A stretch of DNA of 11,052 nucleotides from NCBI GenBank assembly GCA_030688545.1, contig JAUYHT010000005.1, positions 1-11,052 on the forward strand, written 5' to 3'. The DNA comes from Candidatus Iainarchaeum sp. (GTDB lineage Archaea; Iainarchaeota; Iainarchaeia; Iainarchaeales; VGJJ01). Position 1 is the stretch's first letter. Every line of letters starts with the position of its first letter. Positions 6,988-11,052 of the stretch are shown one piece after another. The position numbers and the translations under genes were made by a program. The notes under the pieces were generated by a model. That model was not told where the DNA came from and ran no database searches. It saw nothing but the letters and a program-made list of their open reading frames with translations.

Positions 6988-7881
6988 ATGATCGTGCGTT
7001 TCACGATGCCCTTCAGCCTGCTCCCCATGCCCATGCTCCGCTGGGCGAGCAAACACTTCATCGGGTTGGGCAGCCAATTCGGAAAAATGCTGCCCCTTCA
7101 CGACAGCGACATGAAAAAAGCCGAATTTCCAGTGACGGTGAAGGAGTATGCCACCATGTCCATGGTGATCGTGCTCTTCTATTTCATCTTCTTCTCATTC
7201 CTTTTCTTCGTAATGAGCTTCCGCCTATTAGGGACACTGGACTTGCTCACCCCGCTCGGGGTGAGTTTCTTCCTCTCGTTCCTGGTTCTGCTCCAACTGA
7301 TCACGTATCCCATTATCAAGGTCAAGAAGAAAGTGCGCGATCTGGATAGGAATTTGGTGTACGCCCTCCGCACCATCCTCGTTCAACTCTACTCCGGGGT
7401 CTCATTGTATGATGCCATGAAGGTGGTGGCCGAAGGCAACTATGGCGCCGTATCCAAGGAATTCAAGAAGGCGGTTGATCGCATCTCCACCGGGGAAATA
7501 CAAGAGGTGGCCCTGGAACGCATCGCGGAATACAACCCCAGCCTCTATTTCCGCCGCGCCATCTGGCAAATAGTAAACGGGATGAAGGCCGGAGCGGATG
7601 TCACCGCGGTCCTTGCCGAGAGCGTGAACTCATTGACGGACGCCCAATCCATCCAGATTAGGAATTATGAATCCCAGATGAAAGTCCTTTCCCTCGTGTA
7701 CATGATGCTCGGGGTCATCGTCCCCGCGCTGGGAATCACCTTCCTCATTGTCCTATCCTCATTCCCCCAAATCCAGGTGAGCGAGACCTATTTTTGGATC
7801 CTCCTCCTGTTCGTGGGGGTGGGACAATTTATGTTCCTGGGCGTGGTGAAGAGCAAGCGTCCCACTCTGCTGGGAGAATAA
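6988..7881 (+). CDS. Polytopic membrane platform protein with a single T2SSF domain (TadB-like; equivalent to the N-terminal half of FlaJ/PilC)
   Basis: There is a 4-nt gap after the ATPase stop, and a GGTGA element lies about 8 nt upstream of the ATG. Hydrophobic helices flank a cytoplasmic helical domain, LVYALRTILVQLYSGVSLYDAMKVVAEGNYGAVSKEFKKAVDRISTGEIQEVALERIAEYNPSLYFRRAIWQIVNGMKAGADVTAVL, which is typical of T2SSF. The exact start is uncertain because internal Met codons exist. Confidence 0.85.
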   Translation: MIVRFTMPFSLLPMPMLRWASKHFIGLGSQFGKMLPLHDSDMKKAEFPVTVKEYATMSMVIVLFYFIFFSFLFFVMSFRLLGTLDLLTPLGVSFFLSFLVLLQLITYPIIKVKKKVRDLDRNLVYALRTILVQLYSGVSLYDAMKVVAEGNYGAVSKEFKKAVDRISTGEIQEVALERIAEYNPSLYFRRAIWQIVNGMKAGADVTAVLAESVNSLTDAQSIQIRNYESQMKVLSLVYMMLGVIVPALGITFLIVLSSFPQIQVSETYFWILLLFVGVGQFMFLGVVKSKRPTLLGE

Positions 7882-7883
7882 AA

Positions 7884-7888
7884 AGGAG
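7884..7888 (+). promoter_or_regulatory. Shine-Dalgarno-like AGGAG for the second platform gene
   Basis: In AAAAGGAGAAAAAGGTATG, the GGAG ends 8 nt before the ATG at 7897. It sits in the 15-nt intergenic gap after the TAA at 7879-7881. Confidence 0.6.
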
Positions 7889-7896
7889 AAAAAGGT

Positions 7897-8904
7897 ATGT
7901 CGGCTGACATTGGCATTCCCGTATTGCGGGAAATACAAGATGCGTTTGAAACGCAGTTCCGCTACCTCGGCATGCGGATATCTTCTCGAAAATTTGTCAT
8001 CAACATCGTCCTGATGGCCTTCGTATTAGGGGTGCTATCTACCATTATCACCTCCATTTTCCTCCAATGGAATATCATCCTCGTCTTCTTAGGAGCGGCC
8101 GTTGTATCCCTAGGGTTCATCGGCGCGACCTACCTTTTGCTCGATCTCCAAACGGAGGGGCGGGGCAGCCAAGTCGAAAAAATCCTTCCCGATGCGCTGC
8201 AACTCATCGCGAGCAACATCAAATCAGGGTTAACCACGGAACGCGCCCTCCTGGTGTCGGCGCGCCCCGAATTCGGGCCATTGGAAACCGAACTGAAACG
8301 GGTATCCACCCGCATCCTCTCGGGAATGCCAGTGGAGAAAGCCATTCTGGAGATTCCCCGCCACATCAAATCAACATTAGTTGAGCGTACCGTCTGGCTG
8401 CTCGCCCGAGGCATTTCTTCTGGGGGGGAAATAGCGGATCTCCTCTTACAACTTTCTCGCAACCTCCGCACCCAATTGGCGTTGCAGAGCGAGGCCCGCG
8501 CCTCCATTTCTATTTATCTAATTCTCATCTTCTTCTCCGCGGCATTCGGGGGACCCGCGCTGTATGCGGTGTCGTCGTTCATTGTGCAGGTCATGGCCTC
8601 CCAGATATCATCCACCCCGCAAGTAGACCCAGGGGTGCTCGCCCAAGCGGGATCGCGCTTCTCTGGATTGAGTGGGTTTATCAGCGGGCAAGGAGAGATA
8701 GTTGATCCCCAATTCATCGTCTTGTTCGCCCAAATCATGCTCTTCGTAGGAGGCATATTCGCCTCGCTCATATTGGGGGCCATCGCCACCGGAAGAGAAA
8801 AGGACGGGGTGAAATACATCCCCGTGGTACTGCTTTTCTCATTCGGCCTATTTTATCTTGTACGGTTCGTCCTGGTGGCGGCTTTCGGGGATCTGCTGCT
8901 TTAG
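7897..8904 (+). CDS. Second polytopic membrane platform protein with a single T2SSF domain (TadC-like; equivalent to the C-terminal half of FlaJ/PilC)
   Basis: The T2SSF-like cytoplasmic domain is ILPDALQLIASNIKSGLTTERALLVSARPEFGPLETELKRVSTRILSGMPVEKAILEIPRHIKSTLVERTVWLLARGISSGGEIADLLLQLSRNL. It is flanked by N-terminal hydrophobic helices (IVLMAFVLGVLSTIITSIFL, IILVFLGAAVVSLGFIGATYLLL) and several C-terminal ones. An SD element lies upstream. Confidence 0.85.
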   Translation: MSADIGIPVLREIQDAFETQFRYLGMRISSRKFVINIVLMAFVLGVLSTIITSIFLQWNIILVFLGAAVVSLGFIGATYLLLDLQTEGRGSQVEKILPDALQLIASNIKSGLTTERALLVSARPEFGPLETELKRVSTRILSGMPVEKAILEIPRHIKSTLVERTVWLLARGISSGGEIADLLLQLSRNLRTQLALQSEARASISIYLILIFFSAAFGGPALYAVSSFIVQVMASQISSTPQVDPGVLAQAGSRFSGLSGFISGQGEIVDPQFIVLFAQIMLFVGGIFASLILGAIATGREKDGVKYIPVVLLFSFGLFYLVRFVLVAAFGDLLL

Positions 8905-9010
8905 GGTCGGTTATGGGAGAATCCTGCCTGCTTTTGCTGGTAGATAAATTTGGGGGCTGAAATTGACGGGTCTACTTGAAATTTGGTAAATATCTGAATA
9001 CGAAATACCC

Positions 9011-9050
9011 ACTTAAAGATAGTTTAAAATACTTTAAGATACTTTAAGAT
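9011..9050 (+). repeat. Four tandem copies of a 10-bp unit (consensus ACTTTAAGAT) immediately upstream of the ATG at 9054
   Basis: The four units are ACTTAAAGAT (9011-9020, 1 mismatch), AGTTTAAAAT (9021-9030, 2 mismatches), ACTTTAAGAT (9031-9040) and ACTTTAAGAT (9041-9050). The second unit contains the TATA-like box. Confidence 0.8.
9023..9031 (+). promoter_or_regulatory. Candidate archaeal TATA box (TTTAAAATA) for a leaderless transcript of the 9054 gene
   Basis: It matches TTTAWATA-type archaeal TATA consensus sequences. It spans -31 to -23 relative to the ATG at 9054. No SD-like element lies between it and the ATG. Confidence 0.45.
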
Positions 9051-9053
9051 TGA

Positions 9054-10409
9054 ATGACTGTAGAAGAGCTCCTGAGTCAAGAGGAAAGCGAGTCGCTCGA
9101 AAGAAAGTCCAGTATAGCCGATTCAAAAGGCATTGGAGAAACGGCTTGTGCGTTCGCTAACCAGCCATCTGGTGGGTTTTTCCTAATTGGGGTAGATAAA
9201 GCAGGAAACGTAGTTGGTGTTCCCTCACAAAAGGTGGATGATTGGACTCAAGCGGTTGCGAGTATTATTCAGTCTGCAAGGCCAGTACCAAAAGCTGATT
9301 TCAAAATAGTTGAAAATAATGCCAAAAAGATCTTGGTTGTTCAGGTGCATTCAGTGAATGACGAATATGCTTGCTTCTATCATGGAAAAATATACGTCCG
9401 AGTTGGAAATACAACACGTGCATTAAATGAAAAGGAGTTAATTGATTTTTTGCGTGTAAGGCAAATCCTTAGTTTTGAGGAAACAGTTTCAAGCGTCAAA
9501 TTAGAAGATATTGAAAATTCCAAGGTTCAAGAATACCTAAAACTTCGAAATGAAAAAATAAGTCTAAATGAAAAAACGGCCCTTCAAAATATGGGGTTAC
9601 TGAAAGGCCCAAATAAAGAAACTCCTACAAATTTGGCCCTTCTATTTTTTGCCCGAAAAATCGAAGCAGTTATTCCACAAAGCGAAATACGGTTAACTCG
9701 GTTTAAGGGGGTTGAGCCCATTCATATTGCGAATACTCAGCGGCTTACGGCCACTCTCATTGATGCAATCGAAAAAACGATTGGATTCATTGATTTATAC
9801 ACTGAAAAAGAGGTAATAATCCAGTTAACCCGAAGAACCGAAAAGCCAACTTATCCTCTTGAAGTAATTCGTGAAGCCGTGATCAATGCGTTGGGGCATC
9901 GGGATTACTTTAATCAAAATGCGACTCAAGTAAGCATTTTTGATGATCGCGTTGAAATAACAAATCCAGGATCCTTGCCAAAGGGACTGCCCATTTCACA
10001 GCTCGGCAGACTGAGCGTCCATCGAAATCCAAGATTGTATCAATTGCTCAGTCATGCGAAATACGGTGAAGGGCTCGGGACTGGAATTCCACGAATGATT
10101 GAACGGATGCGTGCTTGGAAATTGCCTGATCCAAAATTTGAGGAAATTGGCAACGCTTTTCGCGTGACACTATATAACACTAAAAGTACCCAAAAAATCA
10201 AGCGATTGGAACTAACTCCGCTTCAGGAAAAAATACTCCAGCTTATCCGTGAATCCAAAAGTACAAAAACGAAGACGCTTACTGAAAAAACTAACTATTC
10301 TGCACCGACAATCATTAATAATCTGAATGAACTTGAAAAAAGAGGGCTGATTAAAAAAATAGGTAAGACACGCGGGGCTCATTACATTTTACGAAAAGGC
10401 AGCACTTGA
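9054..10409 (+). CDS. AlbA_2 (Schlafen-like / divergent AAA_4) - HATPase_c_4 - C-terminal wHTH protein, COG2865-type; commonly annotated as a putative transcriptional regulator or RecG-like C-terminal domain protein
   Basis: The N-terminus EESESLERKSSIADSKGIGETACAFANQPSGGFFLIGVDKAGNVVGV ... KILVVQVHS ... IYVRVGNTTRALNEKEL fits the AlbA_2 pattern (E..lE.K ... AfAN..GG.l.iGV.d.G.vvG ... yiR.G..t). The middle region YPLEVIREAVINALGHRDYFNQNATQVSIFDDRVEITNPGSLPKG ... HRNPRLYQLL ... GEGLGTGIPRMIERM fits HATPase_c_4. The C-terminus LTPLQEKILQLIRESKSTKTKTLTEKTNYSAPTIINNLNELEKRGLIKKIGKTRGAHYIL is a wHTH. Confidence 0.9.
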   Translation: MTVEELLSQEESESLERKSSIADSKGIGETACAFANQPSGGFFLIGVDKAGNVVGVPSQKVDDWTQAVASIIQSARPVPKADFKIVENNAKKILVVQVHSVNDEYACFYHGKIYVRVGNTTRALNEKELIDFLRVRQILSFEETVSSVKLEDIENSKVQEYLKLRNEKISLNEKTALQNMGLLKGPNKETPTNLALLFFARKIEAVIPQSEIRLTRFKGVEPIHIANTQRLTATLIDAIEKTIGFIDLYTEKEVIIQLTRRTEKPTYPLEVIREAVINALGHRDYFNQNATQVSIFDDRVEITNPGSLPKGLPISQLGRLSVHRNPRLYQLLSHAKYGEGLGTGIPRMIERMRAWKLPDPKFEEIGNAFRVTLYNTKSTQKIKRLELTPLQEKILQLIRESKSTKTKTLTEKTNYSAPTIINNLNELEKRGLIKKIGKTRGAHYILRKGST

Positions 10410-10464
10410 ACTGGAAGTTAGATGCAGCGACCGTGAGACGCGTTGCCAATTTGAATGCGATGGC

Positions 10465-10469
10465 TTTTT
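10465..10469 (+). terminator. Oligo-T tract (T5), a possible archaeal-style terminator after the 9054-10409 gene
   Basis: GGCTTTTTC lies 56 nt after the TGA stop. Only a weak 4-bp GCCA/TGGC stem precedes it. Confidence 0.3.
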
Positions 10470-10490
10470 CAGATATGATATCCGACATAA

Positions 10491-10499
10491 CTAAAAACT
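10491..10499 (+). promoter_or_regulatory. Candidate archaeal TATA box (CTAAAAACT) for a leaderless transcript starting near the ATG at 10519
   Basis: The octamer TAAAAACT at 10492-10499 lies exactly 27 nt upstream of the ATG at 10519. The octamer and the spacing are the same as at 4958-4965 relative to the ATG at 4985. Confidence 0.4.
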
Positions 10500-10518
10500 G
10501 AGCGCTTTGAATTTCGAT

Positions 10519-11025
10519 ATGAGTGAAGATATTGCAAAGAAAAAACTGTTTTTTCAAGCTCCTCCAGAGAAACTTACTGGAATTGCGAAGTCGATTCAAG
10601 ACTCTATTGACTCACTTAATAATATGTTCAAGCCACTCCCCATTTTTATCCCCGAATCTCCTCTCGTCATTCAAGAACGGAACCAGTGGGCCCGACATGA
10701 TGAAATGGTTGGAATTTTGAAAAGCGGTTCAAATCAACAAAATTTGTTGAGTTACATTGCAACGGTTGCAGCCTTGGTCGGATCTATTCCAACGGTTGAT
10801 ATCTTGATTGAATATGGGTTCATTACACCGGAGATTGGAAAGAGTTTGATAATGCTTCTTTCCTTTGGGCTAATCATTGCGCTTTTTCTCTTTGTAGTGT
10901 ACTATTGCGTACTTAATGTTAGATCTGCGGCTGAAAAAAAGCAACCTGAAAGTTTGACATTGAAGAACGAAAGTGACAAAGAGCTTGAGGATCAGGAGGG
11001 CTTTGTTAGCGCTATAGCGCTATAG
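10519..11025 (+). CDS. Hypothetical small membrane protein: soluble N-terminal half, two predicted TM helices and an acidic C-terminal tail
   Basis: The ATG at 10519 (MSEDIAKKK...) is preferred over the TTG at 10507 in the ORF track. The hydrophobic segments are LLSYIATVAALVGSIPTVDILI and SLIMLLSFGLIIALFLFVVYYCVL. I recognise no family. The last 5 codons and the TAG stop (11023-11025) lie inside the terminal tandem repeat. Confidence 0.55.
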   Translation: MSEDIAKKKLFFQAPPEKLTGIAKSIQDSIDSLNNMFKPLPIFIPESPLVIQERNQWARHDEMVGILKSGSNQQNLLSYIATVAALVGSIPTVDILIEYGFITPEIGKSLIMLLSFGLIIALFLFVVYYCVLNVRSAAEKKQPESLTLKNESDKELEDQEGFVSAIAL

Positions 11026-11052
11026 CACTATAGCGCTATAGCACTATAGCGC
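11008..11052. repeat. Tandem array of the palindromic octamer GCTATAGC, alternating with ACTATAGC (16-bp super-period), truncated by the window end
   Basis: The units are GCTATAGC (11011-18), GCTATAGC (11019-26), ACTATAGC (11027-34), GCTATAGC (11035-42), ACTATAGC (11043-50) and GC... to the window end. GCTATAGC is its own reverse complement. Confidence 0.85.

Noticed and set aside
5499-8904. Reading the locus as an ordinary bacterial Tad (CpaF-TadB-TadC) operon
   Set aside because: This is not fully excluded, but it is disfavoured. No Flp-type pilin (G/xxxxEY) and no TadE/F-type N-terminus with Glu+5 is present. No CpaB, CpaC/RcpA secretin or TadZ genes are seen. ATPase segments resemble FlaI-type archaeal sequences. 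First genes show TATA-like boxes at archaeal spacing rather than -35/-10 elements.
8905-9053. A tRNA gene or att site marking the GC/AT boundary
   Set aside because: I could not fold any cloverleaf-like segment or find conserved T-loop (GGTTCGAATC-like) or D-loop motifs by eye. Only short TGAAATT direct repeats are present. A covariance-model scan (tRNAscan-SE/Infernal) would be needed to exclude small RNAs formally.
10507-10518. TTG start at 10507 for the last ORF
   Set aside because: An ATG four codons downstream (10519) sits at the same 27-nt distance from a TAAAAACT box as the ATG at 4985. The TTG has no supporting signal.
10351-10599. Minus-strand 82-aa ORF spanning the 10410-10518 intergenic region
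   Set aside because: It overlaps the 3' end of the AlbA_2-type gene and the 5' end of the TM-protein gene. Its sequence is unremarkable and Cys/Phe/Leu-rich, and no promoter or RBS-like signal was seen. It is probably an AT-rich-region chance ORF.
11008-11052. A CRISPR array as the explanation for the terminal repeats
   Set aside because: The units are only 8 bp and directly abutting, with no spacers. This is a simple tandem repeat, not a CRISPR.

Overview
All credible genes are on the + strand, and the window has two compositionally distinct parts.

(1) Positions 1-8904 are GC-rich; spot counts of single 60-nt lines give about 55-57% GC. This part encodes an archaeal-type type IV pilus (T4P) / Tad-like assembly locus in two tightly packed gene blocks.
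- The upstream adhesion block has three genes. The first is a 5'-truncated giant surface protein in which a vWA/MIDAS domain is interrupted by an LVIVD beta-propeller. The second is a large Cys-rich protein with a class III (prepilin-type) signal peptide. The third is a membrane-anchored protein with a Cys cluster and a C-terminal Fn3-like domain.
- After a strikingly C-rich, G-poor stretch of about 300 nt comes the machinery block. It encodes a small wHTH protein, a FlaI/PilB/TadA-family secretion ATPase, and two separate single-domain T2SSF platform proteins (a TadB/TadC-like split).
- No prepilin peptidase and no short major pilin gene is present in the window.

(2) Positions ~9000-11052 are AT-rich; spot counts give about 30-50% per line, mostly in the 30s. 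This part encodes an AlbA_2(Schlafen-like)-HATPase_c_4-wHTH protein (COG2865-type) and a small two-TM hypothetical protein. It ends in a tandem array of the palindromic octamer GCTATAGC that runs off the window edge.

Three first-in-unit genes carry A/T-rich TATA-like boxes about 27-31 nt upstream of their ATG, including an identical TAAAAACT octamer exactly 27 nt upstream of two ATGs. An internal gene has a GGAG Shine-Dalgarno. This pattern suggests archaeal leaderless promoters.

All domain calls come from motif recognition by eye. No database search was possible.
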